A stretch of 64,000 nucleotides of DNA from Nitrospinales bacterium (GCA_965223795.1 CBDCXL010000002.1:1088001-1152000), one strand, 5' to 3'. Positions 1 through 12,098 are shown, counted from the first letter of the stretch. Notes: generated by a model not told the origin, from the letters alone. Numbers and translations are program-made.

Positions 1-112
1 GTTCCCGATGCACTCAAGGAAAAACTCATCCCTCCCATTGAAAAACGGTTCGCCGGGTTCAAACACCAGCTCGAAATCAGCCGGGAATGACCGTTCTCCT
101 CTGCGCCACGCC

Positions 113-643
113 ATGCAGATAAAAATCCTACTGACGCTCTGGCTCATCCTGGCTGCCGCCGCACCGGGGTTCGCGCAAGATGCCGCGGTCGAGAGCCACC
201 AGGGACAAACGCTTTACCTCAAGGACATCCGCGGCGGCTACTTTCAGCCTTCATCGCAGGGCAGTAAGAACAAGATCGGCGAGGATTCGGCGGGCAACCC
301 CATTTACAGAAACCGCGCGCAGTCCTACAATTTTTTCCGCACCGATTCGATTCCGCTGCGCATCGGCGATCTGTTCGGCTTTCAATTCATCCTGCCGGAG
401 ATGGAGGATGGGGACTTCATCGAGATCGAGGGGATCGTGCAGTTTCCCGCGCCGGTGACGGCGGGAGGTCAAACTCTCACGAGCACGCAATGGAAAACCC
501 GCTACGCGCCGCAGTTCGGGCGGGTCATCAGCGCCTGGGAATTCCGCCAGGAGACGCCCGCCTACCACATGAAAGGGCGCTGGATCTTCAGCCTCTACAA
601 CCGCGGGCGGCTGATCGTGTCGCAGTCTTTCTTCGTCAAATGA
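113..643 (+). CDS. Secreted hypothetical protein (possibly DUF3859-like beta-sandwich)
   Basis: The ATG at 113 gives a signal-peptide-like N-terminus (MQIKILLTLWLILAAAAPGFAQ). The C-terminal 'IPLRIGDLFGFQF...GRWIFSLYNRGRLIVSQSFFV' resembles DUF3859. Confidence 0.6.
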   Translation: MQIKILLTLWLILAAAAPGFAQDAAVESHQGQTLYLKDIRGGYFQPSSQGSKNKIGEDSAGNPIYRNRAQSYNFFRTDSIPLRIGDLFGFQFILPEMEDGDFIEIEGIVQFPAPVTAGGQTLTSTQWKTRYAPQFGRVISAWEFRQETPAYHMKGRWIFSLYNRGRLIVSQSFFVK

Positions 644-666
644 ACCTATGCCGGTGAACGCGGCGC

Positions 667-1371
667 TCAGTCCGCCGCAGGCAGCAGGGCGACCATCTGC
701 GCCAGGCTGTCGAGGATGAGGTCGGCGCCGGAAAAATCGATGTGCGCGTTCAGGCGGTTGCGGATGATGATGCAGCGCATGCCCGCCCCGGCCGCGGCGT
801 TGAGCCCTTTCAAGGCGTCCTCCAGCACGATGCAGGATGCGGGCGGGCAGCCCAGCGCTTCGGCGGCCTTTTGAAAGATGTCCGGGTGCGGCTTTTCCCG
901 CGGCGCGGATTCCTTTCCCAGGATGACCGGGAAATGCGCCAGCGCACCGGCGTTTTCCAGGATGGCGCGGATGTCGTGCCGCCAGGACCCCGAGGCGATG
1001 GCCAGTTTGTGGCGGTCCTCGAGGGCGCGCACCAGGGACAGCGTTTCGGGGAACAGGCGGATCGATCCGTCCTGACAATACCGCGAATACACTTCGAATT
1101 TCTGCCGGCGCAGTTCCGCGGGATCGACCGCGAGCTTGAGGTCGTGCCGTTCGATCTCGCCGGCGATGCCTTTGCCCTTCGACGTCCACTCCACCCAGTA
1201 TTCCTCAGGATCCAGAGTGTGCCCGTAGCGTTCGAACACTTCGTTGTAGGCTTTGTAGTGATACGGCTCGGAATCGGCCAGCAGGCCGTCGAAATCCAGC
1301 AGGACCGCCTGGCTGCCGTCGAGCAGGGCCTTGAGCTTCTTTGCAGGCGCGGCGCTGTCGGTGGACGTCAT
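667..1371 (-). CDS. HAD-superfamily phosphatase (beta-PGM/CbbY-like)
   Basis: Motif I DFDGLLADSE, KPHPDIF and VLEDALKGL motifs. Confidence 0.9.
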   Translation of the reverse strand: MTSTDSAAPAKKLKALLDGSQAVLLDFDGLLADSEPYHYKAYNEVFERYGHTLDPEEYWVEWTSKGKGIAGEIERHDLKLAVDPAELRRQKFEVYSRYCQDGSIRLFPETLSLVRALEDRHKLAIASGSWRHDIRAILENAGALAHFPVILGKESAPREKPHPDIFQKAAEALGCPPASCIVLEDALKGLNAAAGAGMRCIIIRNRLNAHIDFSGADLILDSLAQMVALLPAAD

Positions 1372-1392
1372 GGAGCGTGGGTGGGATGAACT

Positions 1393-2057
1393 TTATTCCA
1401 GGATGTTGCCGAAACGTTCGAAGCGCACCCAGCTTTCCTCGGTGTTCCAGGACCAGTAGATCATCAGCGCCTTGCCCTTGATGAGATTGAAATCGAGGAA
1501 GCCCCAGGCGCGGCTGTCCTGCGAGTTTTCGCGGTTGTCTCCCATGACGAACAGGTGTCCGTCGGGGACGATCAGCGGCCCGCGGTTGTCGCGCTCGCTG
1601 TCCGGGTCCGGCAGCTCGGTGTGAAAGGCCTTGGTGTCTTCGTAGGGCTTGTCGTTGATGTACACCTTCTGGTTCTTGATCTGCAAGCTTGTCCCCCGGC
1701 AGCCCGATGACCCGCTTGATGAAATCGCGCGTTTCGTCTTTGGGGAATTTGAACACGATGATGTCGCCCCGTTCGGGCATCTCGTCGAACAGGATGATGT
1801 CGCGGAACAGCTTGACGTTGATAAAGGGAATCTCGTTGGGGATGTGGATGCCGTAGGCGAACTTGGAGACCAGGATGTGATCGCCGATGAGCAGCGTCGG
1901 CTTCATGGAACCGGACGGGATCTTGAACGCCTGCAGGATGAAGGTGCGGATGAACAGGGCGAGCAGCAGGGCGATGACGATCGCCTCGGCGTACTCCCTG
2001 AATACGCTCTTGGTTTTTTTCTCGACCGCGGGTTCGGAGACCGTGTCCAGTTCCTTG

Positions 2058-2068
<11 letters not shown>
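1393..2068 (-). pseudogene. lepB: Signal peptidase I, split by a 1-nt frameshift at about 1684-1687 (sequencing error or real)
   Basis: The N-half has IPSGSM (catalytic Ser) and FIKRVIGLPGD (catalytic Lys). The C-half, in another frame, has MGDNRENSQDSR. Lies directly downstream of lepA. Confidence 0.85.
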
Positions 2069-3860
<1,792 letters not shown>

Positions 3861-4001
3861 CAAAGGATGGTTACCCAAGAAATGGAATTCGATTGATCAA
3901 AGCAAACGGCAGCGGGCAGGGATCGGCCGTTTCCGGCCCGCGCTCCGCTTTGCGGATTCTGAATTTATGAGGAGAGCTGCGAGACCCCTCCGCCCCCGCG
4001 C

Positions 4002-4997
4002 TCACCGGGATAAAGAGAAGGGAGAGTTTTCTGGATGGCTCAGGTATTCCCGCCATTCGTCGAACCGGATTTTCATGGCTTCGTAATCCCTGTCGTTGTC
4101 GATGTCCAGGGCGGCGCCGGGAAACGGGACCTCCAGCCCCATGAAGCGCGTGTTCAGGATGGTCGAAATGCAGCGCTCGAGATCCTTTTTCGGCGTCATC
4201 CTGCGGAACAGGCGCACCAGGGACTCCATGCCCAGGCTGGCGAAAAACAGGCACAGCTGCAGACCGAGGTAATACTGGTAATGCTTGATCTTGTCCTTGC
4301 CGAACAGCGACAACCCGAACAGGACCAGGTTTTTGAAATTCCGCTGGTACCGGTACTGATACATCTTCTGAATGTACTGCCGGTTGGCGATGCGAACGGG
4401 CTTGACCAGATGCAGGTTGTTGATGCGGAAACTGTTTTCCTTCAAATGCAGGTACGCCATTTTGATCCCGGGCTTGCCGTCTTCAGGATAAAAAGGTTCC
4501 AGGTTCCGGCGCGAGGTCAGCCCGAGAATGTGATCGTAATTTTCAACGTCGCAATGGGTGATGAAGTGCTCCACTTCGTGCGTGGTGAGCAGCGGAGAGT
4601 CGCAGGGCACGATGAGCACGGCCTTGTCGCCGAGCGGCGAGTTCTCCAGCTCATCGGCGGCGGCCTCTTGCGGAAGGGTCTTTAAGAACGTGTGCCAGAT
4701 GTTTTCATACAGGTTGTTTTTCTGCTCGACCAGATGAATGCGCTTGGGAAATTTCAAATCGGTCTTCGCCTCTTTGAGCGTCTCCGAAAGACGGTCGACC
4801 GAACCGACGATGTAAATGTCCGCGATGGAGTGAACCTTTTGCAGGGCTTCCAGAACATAGGTGATGATGCAGCGGCCGTTGATTTTAAGGAAGGCCTTGT
4901 GCTGATGGTATACCTTGTAACTGGACTCTCCCTGTCCCGCGACGAGAATCGTATCGAATTGTTTCGGGGTGCGTATCAGGTTCATGACGGTTTCCAA
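4002..4997 (-). CDS. MobA-like NTP transferase domain protein
   Basis: N-terminal ILVAGQG...KAFLKINGR, plus PCDSP and LDIDN motifs of nucleotidyltransferases. Confidence 0.7.
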   Translation of the reverse strand: METVMNLIRTPKQFDTILVAGQGESSYKVYHQHKAFLKINGRCIITYVLEALQKVHSIADIYIVGSVDRLSETLKEAKTDLKFPKRIHLVEQKNNLYENIWHTFLKTLPQEAAADELENSPLGDKAVLIVPCDSPLLTTHEVEHFITHCDVENYDHILGLTSRRNLEPFYPEDGKPGIKMAYLHLKENSFRINNLHLVKPVRIANRQYIQKMYQYRYQRNFKNLVLFGLSLFGKDKIKHYQYYLGLQLCLFFASLGMESLVRLFRRMTPKKDLERCISTILNTRFMGLEVPFPGAALDIDNDRDYEAMKIRFDEWREYLSHPENSPFSLSR

Positions 4998-5154
4998 AGG
5001 ACTCTCTCCGGGTGGTGCGGCCGTTTCCGGCCCTGCCGGCCGTCCATCCCGGGCTCCGCGGTATTCCGGTTTTCCCCCTTGAACTCCCTGGGGAATTTCG
5101 TTATACCAAACTCCAACATTTCACTTAACGTTCAGGATAGCAGATTCCCCGATC

Positions 5155-6273
5155 ATGTCTCAACCACCTTCCGCACCCCTGAAAACCACGCCGTTCGCCG
5201 AGCTGCACCGCAGGCTGGGGGCGCGGATGGTGCCGTTCGCCGGGTGGAACATGCCCATCCAGTTCGCCGGCGTGATCGAGGAGCACCGCTGCGTCCGCGA
5301 GCACGCGGGGCTGTTCGACGTCAGCCACATGGGCGAAATCGAAATCCGCGGAAAAGACGCCGGTTCCCTGCTGCAGCGGCTGGTCACCAACGACGTGGAA
5401 TCCCTCGAGGACGGGGCCATCCTCTACACGGTCATGTGCTACGAGAACGGCGGCGTGGTGGACGATCTGCTGGTCCACCGGTTCCGGGAGGACCACTATT
5501 TTCTCTGCGTCAACGCCGCCAACACGGACAAGGATTTCGACTGGATCCAAAACACCGCCCGCGACTTTCAGGCCGAGACCGAAAACATCAGCGACCGGAT
5601 CGCGCAGCTGGCCGTTCAAGGCCCCCAATCCGTAGCCCTTTTGCAAACGCTTAGCAGCCTGCCTTTGGACGGGGTCCGATATTACCACTTTGAAAAAGGC
5701 AAAATCCACAATTATGATTGCATGATCTCCCGCACCGGCTACACGGGGGAAGACGGTTTCGAGCTGTACACGGACGCGGACGGGGCGCAGGGCCTGGCCG
5801 AGGCGATTCTGCAGGCGGGAAAACCGTTCGGGATCCAGCCGGTCGGCCTGGGCGCGCGCGACACGCTGCGCCTGGAAATGGGCTACGCGCTGTACGGCAA
5901 CGACATCACCGCCGAAACCACGCCGCTGGAGGCGGGGCTGGGCTGGGTGGTCAAATTGAAAAAGGGGCCGTTCACGGGTCATGCGGCGCTGGTCCAACAG
6001 AAGCAGGAAGGGATCGAAAAAAAGCTCGTCGGCTTCAAACTGCTTGAGCGGGGCGTGCCGCGGCCGCATTATAAGGTGTTGAAAGATGGCAAGCTGGTGG
6101 GAGAAGTGACGAGCGGCACCTTTTCGCCTTCCTTGAATGTGGGGATCGGATTGTGCTATGTATCGAAGGAACACTCTGAAGTCGGTTCCCGCCTGGACAT
6201 CGAAATCAGAAATCAGCGCACACCCGCGGAAATCGTCAAACCGCCGTTCGTCCCCAGCCGTGTGAAAAAATGA
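5155..6273 (+). CDS. gcvT: Glycine cleavage system aminomethyltransferase T
   Basis: GLFDVSHMGE, SRTGYTGEDGFE, GLGARDTLRLEMG. Confidence 0.97.
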   Translation: MSQPPSAPLKTTPFAELHRRLGARMVPFAGWNMPIQFAGVIEEHRCVREHAGLFDVSHMGEIEIRGKDAGSLLQRLVTNDVESLEDGAILYTVMCYENGGVVDDLLVHRFREDHYFLCVNAANTDKDFDWIQNTARDFQAETENISDRIAQLAVQGPQSVALLQTLSSLPLDGVRYYHFEKGKIHNYDCMISRTGYTGEDGFELYTDADGAQGLAEAILQAGKPFGIQPVGLGARDTLRLEMGYALYGNDITAETTPLEAGLGWVVKLKKGPFTGHAALVQQKQEGIEKKLVGFKLLERGVPRPHYKVLKDGKLVGEVTSGTFSPSLNVGIGLCYVSKEHSEVGSRLDIEIRNQRTPAEIVKPPFVPSRVKK

Positions 6274-6394
6274 CCGATTCCCGCCGCGGTCACGGCCGCG
6301 GGGCGGCCTGAGACGGAACGCGGACCGAATCGAACGGGTTCGCGGCTGCGGGTCGTTGCTTTAATTCATAAACATCGTTTGAGTGGGAGGCATC

Positions 6395-6781
6395 ATGGAG
6401 GTCCCGAAAGAGCTTCGCTACACGAGGGAGCACGAATGGCTGCGTCTGGACGGCAAGACGGCCGTGATCGGCATCACGGATTTCGCGCAGGAACAACTGG
6501 GCGACGTGGTGTTCGTGGAAATGCCCAAGGTGGGCGACACCGTGACGCAGGAGAAGACCTTCGGCGTGGTGGAATCGGTCAAGACGGTGTCGGACCTCTA
6601 CGCACCGGCCAGCGGCACGGTCGCAAAGATCAACGAGAACCTGGAATCGCAGCCGGAGCTGGTCAACAGCGAGCCGTACAAACAGGGGTGGATCCTGGAG
6701 ATCGAACTTTCCGACCCGAAGCAAGTCGATGCGCTGCTGACGCCGGAGCAGTACGCCGAGCAGTGCGAAAATGAACAATAA
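6395..6781 (+). CDS. gcvH: Glycine cleavage system H protein
   Basis: YTREHEW, GITDFAQEQLGDVVFVE and the lipoyl-Lys motif VESVKTVSD. Confidence 0.97.
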   Translation: MEVPKELRYTREHEWLRLDGKTAVIGITDFAQEQLGDVVFVEMPKVGDTVTQEKTFGVVESVKTVSDLYAPASGTVAKINENLESQPELVNSEPYKQGWILEIELSDPKQVDALLTPEQYAEQCENEQ

Positions 6782-6805
6782 TCCCCGCCGCTGATTTTTT
6801 TCCGC

Positions 6806-8152
6806 ATGCGCTACATCCCGCACACAGAGCAGGACATCCGCGAAATGCTCGCCGCCATCGGCGTCGACGACATCGACGCACTGTTCGCAAGCATCCCTGA
6901 GGAACTGCGCCTGGGGGACACGCCGCTGGCGCTGCCGCGCACCCTTTCCGAATCCGAGCTGGTTGCCCTGCTGGCGCGCACCCAGAAACGCAATCCCGAT
7001 CCGGAAGCAACGTCGGTGTTCCTGGGTGCGGGCGCCTACCGGCATTTCAGCCCGGCGCTGGTCGGCGCGCTTGTGTCGCGCGGGGAATTCGCCACCAGCT
7101 ACACGCCTTATCAGCCGGAGGTGAGCCAGGGCACGCTGCAGGCGATCTTCGAATTTCAAACGCTGATCGCCATGCTCACCGGCATGGAGATCGCCAACGC
7201 GTCGATGTACGACGGCGCCTCCGCACTGGCCGAAGCGGTGGTGATGTCGCACCGGTTGAACAACAAACCGAAAATCCTCATGTCGCAGGCGGTGCACCCG
7301 GAATACCGGCAGGTGGTGGCCACCTACACGCGGGGAACGGAAATCGAGATCGTTGACATCCCCTTCGACGCCGCGGGAAAAACCGATCTTTCGCAAATCG
7401 CGGCGCTGAGCGGAGACAAGGCGGGCGCGGTGGTGCTGCAGAGCCCGAACTTTTTCGGCGTCATCGAAGAATACGCCTCATTGGGCGAAACGCTCAAGGC
7501 GCAGGGCGCGCATCTGATCGTCGCCGTCGCCGAGGCGCTGTCGCTCGGCATCCTGAAACCGCCGGGCGTCCGCGGCGCCGACATCGTCGTGGGCGAAGGG
7601 CAGTCCTTCGGGCTGCCGGTTTCGTTCGGCGGCCCTTATGTGGGTTTTTTCGCGACGCGCGACCGCTTTCTCCGGCACACGCCGGGGCGGCTGGTCGGGG
7701 AAACGGCAGATCAGGCGGGACGGCGGGCGTACGTGCTGACGCTGTCCACGCGCGAGCAGCACATCCGGCGCGAACGGGCGACTTCCAACATCTGCACCAA
7801 CCAGGGCCTGTGCGCCCTGGCGGCGACGGTGTTCCTCGCCACACTGGGCAAAGAAGGCATGCGCGAGATCGCCCTGCTCAACGTGCGCAAGGCCGACTAC
7901 CTGAAAAACCGGCTGCGCAAGGTGAAGGGCTTCAGCATCCGCTTTTCCGGCGACACGTTCAACGAATTCGTGCTCGACTGCCCGGTCCCGGCCGAAGACA
8001 TTCAAGCGGCCCTGATCGAGGAACACATCCTCGCCGGTTATCCTCTCAAGACGCATTACCCGGACCTCGTGAACAGCCTGCTGTTGTGCGCCACGGAACT
8101 CAACACCCAGGAAGAGATGGACCGCTTCGCGGAAAAACTGGAAGCGCTCTGA
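6806..8152 (+). CDS. gcvPA: Glycine dehydrogenase (decarboxylating) subunit 1
   Basis: MRYIPHT, FLGAGAY, SYTPYQPEVSQG, TREQHIRRERATSNICTN; 448 aa. Confidence 0.96.
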   Translation: MRYIPHTEQDIREMLAAIGVDDIDALFASIPEELRLGDTPLALPRTLSESELVALLARTQKRNPDPEATSVFLGAGAYRHFSPALVGALVSRGEFATSYTPYQPEVSQGTLQAIFEFQTLIAMLTGMEIANASMYDGASALAEAVVMSHRLNNKPKILMSQAVHPEYRQVVATYTRGTEIEIVDIPFDAAGKTDLSQIAALSGDKAGAVVLQSPNFFGVIEEYASLGETLKAQGAHLIVAVAEALSLGILKPPGVRGADIVVGEGQSFGLPVSFGGPYVGFFATRDRFLRHTPGRLVGETADQAGRRAYVLTLSTREQHIRRERATSNICTNQGLCALAATVFLATLGKEGMREIALLNVRKADYLKNRLRKVKGFSIRFSGDTFNEFVLDCPVPAEDIQAALIEEHILAGYPLKTHYPDLVNSLLLCATELNTQEEMDRFAEKLEAL

Positions 8153-8536
8153 CCTTTCTCTCTCCTAATTTTTTTATCCCGCAATCCCCAAAGATTTGAC
8201 CGCATACTCTCAAACGGAACGACACCGCTTCCTGTGATTTTTCTCACAACGGCCCGTCCGTTCGATCGCAAAGAACGGGTGAGAAAATACGGGCTAAAAT
8301 TTAATTAAACAGTCGCGCGCAAATAGAAGGTCCGCCTGTTCCGGACCGCTCTCCGGCGTGATCCCCGTTCGTGCGGGAAACCCCGGTGGACAGAAAAAGA
8401 TTATAAAAAATTGGCCCAATCGGTAAAATGAGAATCACGCATCCAATGGGGATTCCCGCAGCCGGGCACGGAGGTGAGTGCCGGGATAAAAACGCAAACG
8501 CTTTTGCAAACGCGATCATACGGTGGAGACGATGTC

Positions 8537-9745
8537 ATGGCACGCAGCAAACGGAAGGTGAAGAGCAAAACGAAAACCCCGGCGCGGCGCGGCAAAGCAA
8601 AGCCGCGTGCCAAAACGCAAAAAAAGCTGCGGGTCCTGGTCGGCACGCGCAAGGGAGCCTGGATTTTTCACGGCGACGCGGCGCGCAGGACCTGGAAGGT
8701 GAGCGGCCCGCATTTTCTCGGTCAGATCATCAACCACATGGTGCTCGACCCGCGCGACGGGCGGACGCTTCTGGCCTCGGCAAAAACCGGGCATCTCGGA
8801 CCGACGCTGTTCCGTTCGACCAACTTCGGCCGCACCTGGCAGGAAGCCAGCCAGCCGCCGGCCTTCGCCAAACCGGCGAACGGTCTTCAGGGCCGGTCGG
8901 TCGATCACACCTTCTGGCTCGAACCCGGCCCTGCCAGCGAACCTGACGTCTGGATCGCGGGAACCTCTCCGCAAGGCCTGTTCCGCTCGGAAGACGGCGG
9001 AGACCGCTGGGAGCCGTTCTCCACCATCAACGACGATGCGCAATTCCGCGCCTGGATGGGCAGCGTGCAGGACGGCACGCCCGACGGCCCCAAGCTGCAT
9101 TCGATCCAGATCGATCCCAGAGATAAGAATCACATTTATATCGCCATGTCGGGCGGCGGCGTGCATGAATCGGTGGACGGAGGCGACAGCTGGTCCACGC
9201 TCATCGACGGTCTGGACGTGGTGGAAGGGTTCGACCGCGCCGACGCCGCCTTTCACGATCCGCACTGCATGCGCCTCTGCCCGTCGATGCCGGACCGGTT
9301 GTACCAGCAGAATCATTGCGGGATCTACCGGCTGGACCGCCCGTCCGACACCTGGGTGCGCATCGGCAAAAAGATGCCGAAGAAAACCGGCGACATCGGT
9401 TTTCCCCTGGTGCTGCATCCGCGCGACGCCGAAACGTTGTGGGTCTTTCCGATGGATGGGACCGAAGTCTGGCCCCGCACCAGCCCGCAGGGCAAGCCCT
9501 CTGTGTACGTCTCGCGCAACGGCGGCAGGACCTGGAAACGTCTCGATTCGGGCCTGCCCGAAAGCCAGGCCTGGTGGACCGTCAAACGCCAGGCGATGAC
9601 GGCGGACGCACAGGACCCGGTGGGCCTGTACTTCGGCACCACCAGCGGAGAATTGTGGATGAGCCGCAACGAAGGCGAACGCTGGACCTGCATGGCCCGG
9701 CATCTGCCGGAGATCTACTCGGTCGAGACCGCGGAAGATTCCTGA
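8537..9745 (+). CDS. BNR/Asp-box beta-propeller protein (sialidase/VPS10-like) with basic N-terminal tail
   Basis: Repeated SxDGGxxW Asp-boxes, GTRKG, YQQNHCG. GGAG precedes the ATG at 8537. Confidence 0.85.
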   Translation: MARSKRKVKSKTKTPARRGKAKPRAKTQKKLRVLVGTRKGAWIFHGDAARRTWKVSGPHFLGQIINHMVLDPRDGRTLLASAKTGHLGPTLFRSTNFGRTWQEASQPPAFAKPANGLQGRSVDHTFWLEPGPASEPDVWIAGTSPQGLFRSEDGGDRWEPFSTINDDAQFRAWMGSVQDGTPDGPKLHSIQIDPRDKNHIYIAMSGGGVHESVDGGDSWSTLIDGLDVVEGFDRADAAFHDPHCMRLCPSMPDRLYQQNHCGIYRLDRPSDTWVRIGKKMPKKTGDIGFPLVLHPRDAETLWVFPMDGTEVWPRTSPQGKPSVYVSRNGGRTWKRLDSGLPESQAWWTVKRQAMTADAQDPVGLYFGTTSGELWMSRNEGERWTCMARHLPEIYSVETAEDS

Positions 9746-9785
9746 TGCCGTTTCATCCTGTCGCGCAACTCGTTTGGGTGAATTC

Positions 9786-10043
9786 ATGAAAGTGCTGATT
9801 CCCACTCCATTGCGTTCCTACACCCGCGACGATCGTGTCGAAGCGGAAGGTTCGACGCTGGCGGAACTGCTGGAAAATCTCGACCGCCGCTACCCCGGCC
9901 TGCGCTTTCGCATGATCGACGAGCAGGACCACATCCGCCAGCACATCCGCATCTTTGTCAACGGCGAGCAGGAGTTCGACCTGGCGCGCCCGCTGAACCC
10001 GGACGACGCCGTGGACATCGTGCAGGCGTTGAGCGGCGGCTGA
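9786..10043 (+). CDS. MoaD/ThiS family ubiquitin-like protein
   Basis: IPTPLRSY, IFVNGE and C-terminal ALSGG. Confidence 0.92.
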   Translation: MKVLIPTPLRSYTRDDRVEAEGSTLAELLENLDRRYPGLRFRMIDEQDHIRQHIRIFVNGEQEFDLARPLNPDDAVDIVQALSGG

Positions 10044-10156
10044 AAGACGCGGCTTCCACTGCAGAAGCAATACGCATTCCTTTGCGGCGCCACTCTCCAA
10101 CGCGCGCCGGTCCGCCTGAATCCGTCGCGGCGCGCAACCCGTTTTCCAAAAAAATT

Positions 10157-11554
10157 TCAGCGTTTGAGTTTTTCCTTAAGCTCTTCGGCGGGATAGGTGA
10201 GGATTTCCGACAGCGTGGGATGGTAGTGCGGCATGGCGGCCAGGTCGTGCACGCTGCCGTTGAAGTGCATGAGGGTGATCATCTGGTGGATCATCTCCCC
10301 CGCTTCGGGACCGACGATGTGCGCGCCGATCACCTCGCCGGTATCCGGGCGGCACAGGATCTTGACGTGGCCGTGCAGCTCTCCCATGCAGATGGATTTG
10401 CCGTGGTCGTCGAAGGGATACGATGCGCTGAGGTACTCAATCCCGTGTTTGCGGCAGTCTTTTTCAGACAAGCCGACGCTGGCGACGGTGGGATCGGTGA
10501 ACACGATGCTGGTCTTCAGGCGCTCGTCATAGCGGCGCGGCGGGCGATCGGGATGCACGGCGTTGTGGGCGGCGATCTCGCCCTGCTCGATGGCCACGTG
10601 CACGATCTCCTGCAATCCGTTGACGTCGCCGACGGCGTAGATGTGCGGCTGCGCGGTGCGCAGGGTGTCGTCCACGGCGATGCGGCCGTGATTCAAGGTC
10701 ACGCCCGCCGCTTCCAGGTTGAGTCCCGCGACGTTGGGCTCGCGGCCCAGCGCCTGCAGGATGACCTCCGCCTCGACGGTTTTTTCCTCGCCGTGATGCA
10801 GAAACGTCACCGCGCTCGCGCTGCCGTTTTTGTGCGCGTTCAACAGACGCGTGGAGGTAAACACCTGCATGCCCTCTTCCCGGAAGCGGGCCTCCACCGG
10901 CCGGGCCAGGTCCTCGTCGCCGCCGGACAGGATGTGGTGGCTGCGCTGCACAAGGTGCACGGCGGTGCCGATGCGGGAAAAAAACTGCGCCAGCTCGACG
11001 GCCACCGGGCCAGCCCCCAGGACGATCATGGAGGCGGGCGCCTGTTTCCATTGGAGCACGTCGTCGCTGGTGACGTAGCCGGTTTCCTCGAGTCCTGGAA
11101 TGGGAAAGCGGGCGATGACGGAACCTGTGGCGATGATGAAGCTTTTGGCGCTCAGCACGCGTTCGCCGACGCGCACTTCGTGCGGAGATACGAACGCGGC
11201 GGCCTGTTCGATCAGAGTGAAACGCGGATCGTTGAGCTGCCCGATTCGATACCGGGTGAACTCGCCGATGATTTGGTCCTTGCGGGCGTTGATGGCGGCG
11301 AGGTCGGCGCCGGGCTCGACGGCGGACAGGCCGAATTCGGGCGCGCGGCGCAACAGCGCCATCACGTCGGAGGAACGCAGCAGGGTTTTGGTGGGCATGC
11401 AGCCGCGCAGGATGCACAGGCCGCCCAAAGGGCCGGGATCGGCGATGGCGACGCGGGCGCCCGCAGACTGCGCGGTACTGGCCGCGGCGTAGCCCGCGGA
11501 ACCGCCGCCCAGAACCAGCACATCGAAATCGTGGGTTCCCGCGGAAGAACTCAT
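10157..11554 (-). CDS. Flavoprotein disulfide reductase (dihydrolipoamide dehydrogenase-like)
   Basis: GGGSAG FAD motif, redox-active CILRGC, GAGPVAVE, C-terminal HPTLSE. Confidence 0.88.
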   Translation of the reverse strand: MSSSAGTHDFDVLVLGGGSAGYAAASTAQSAGARVAIADPGPLGGLCILRGCMPTKTLLRSSDVMALLRRAPEFGLSAVEPGADLAAINARKDQIIGEFTRYRIGQLNDPRFTLIEQAAAFVSPHEVRVGERVLSAKSFIIATGSVIARFPIPGLEETGYVTSDDVLQWKQAPASMIVLGAGPVAVELAQFFSRIGTAVHLVQRSHHILSGGDEDLARPVEARFREEGMQVFTSTRLLNAHKNGSASAVTFLHHGEEKTVEAEVILQALGREPNVAGLNLEAAGVTLNHGRIAVDDTLRTAQPHIYAVGDVNGLQEIVHVAIEQGEIAAHNAVHPDRPPRRYDERLKTSIVFTDPTVASVGLSEKDCRKHGIEYLSASYPFDDHGKSICMGELHGHVKILCRPDTGEVIGAHIVGPEAGEMIHQMITLMHFNGSVHDLAAMPHYHPTLSEILTYPAEELKEKLKR

Positions 11555-11567
11555 GCGCGCGGCGCCG

Positions 11568-12098
11568 CTAAAGGGTGCGGCATTCTTCTTCGGTGAGGCC
11601 GAATTCCCTGGAGCATTCGTTGAGCAGATCGGCGGCGTTGTTCTCCATGAACGTGTCACCCAGTTTGTTGAACAGGTCGCGCGCGTGGATCAGGTGGTGG
11701 ATGGTTTCCTTGCCCCGCTTGATGGAGTAGTACAGCATGGCGAGGTTGCTGTGGGCTTTGGCGAATTCGGGGTTGATGCGCAGCGCTTCTTTATAATGAT
11801 TGAAGGCTTCATCGGTTTCGCCGATCAGGTTGCTCACGACGGCCAGGCTGTAATGCACCATCGGGGCTTCGGGCTTGACCCTGAGAGCCTGCCGGAAGCA
11901 CTTGGACGCCTCCAGGTTCATGCGCACCTTGCCGTAACGGATGCCCAGATTGAACTGCGCCAGGAAGTGGTCCGGGTCCAGGCTCACCGCTTTCTTGTAC
12001 GCTTCCATCGCGGCCCCGTCGTCGCCGGCGCGGCCCGCGGACAATCCTTCCTGAAACCAGTCTTCTGCGGTTTTCGTGTCTTGGGATTCAGATGTCAT
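11568..12098 (-). CDS. TPR repeat protein
   Basis: Several TPR repeats (AQFNLG, VHYSLA, AHSNLA). Confidence 0.85.
   Translation of the reverse strand: MTSESQDTKTAEDWFQEGLSAGRAGDDGAAMEAYKKAVSLDPDHFLAQFNLGIRYGKVRMNLEASKCFRQALRVKPEAPMVHYSLAVVSNLIGETDEAFNHYKEALRINPEFAKAHSNLAMLYYSIKRGKETIHHLIHARDLFNKLGDTFMENNAADLLNECSREFGLTEEECRTL

Noticed and set aside
4998..5154. Glycine riboswitch upstream of gcvT
   Set aside because: No GGAGA...GAAG...CTCTCAGG aptamer pattern; the leader is short.
8239..8287. Hairpin TTTTCTCAC/GTGAGAAAA after gcvPA
   Set aside because: A single interrupted stem with no recognisable RNA family or second copy.
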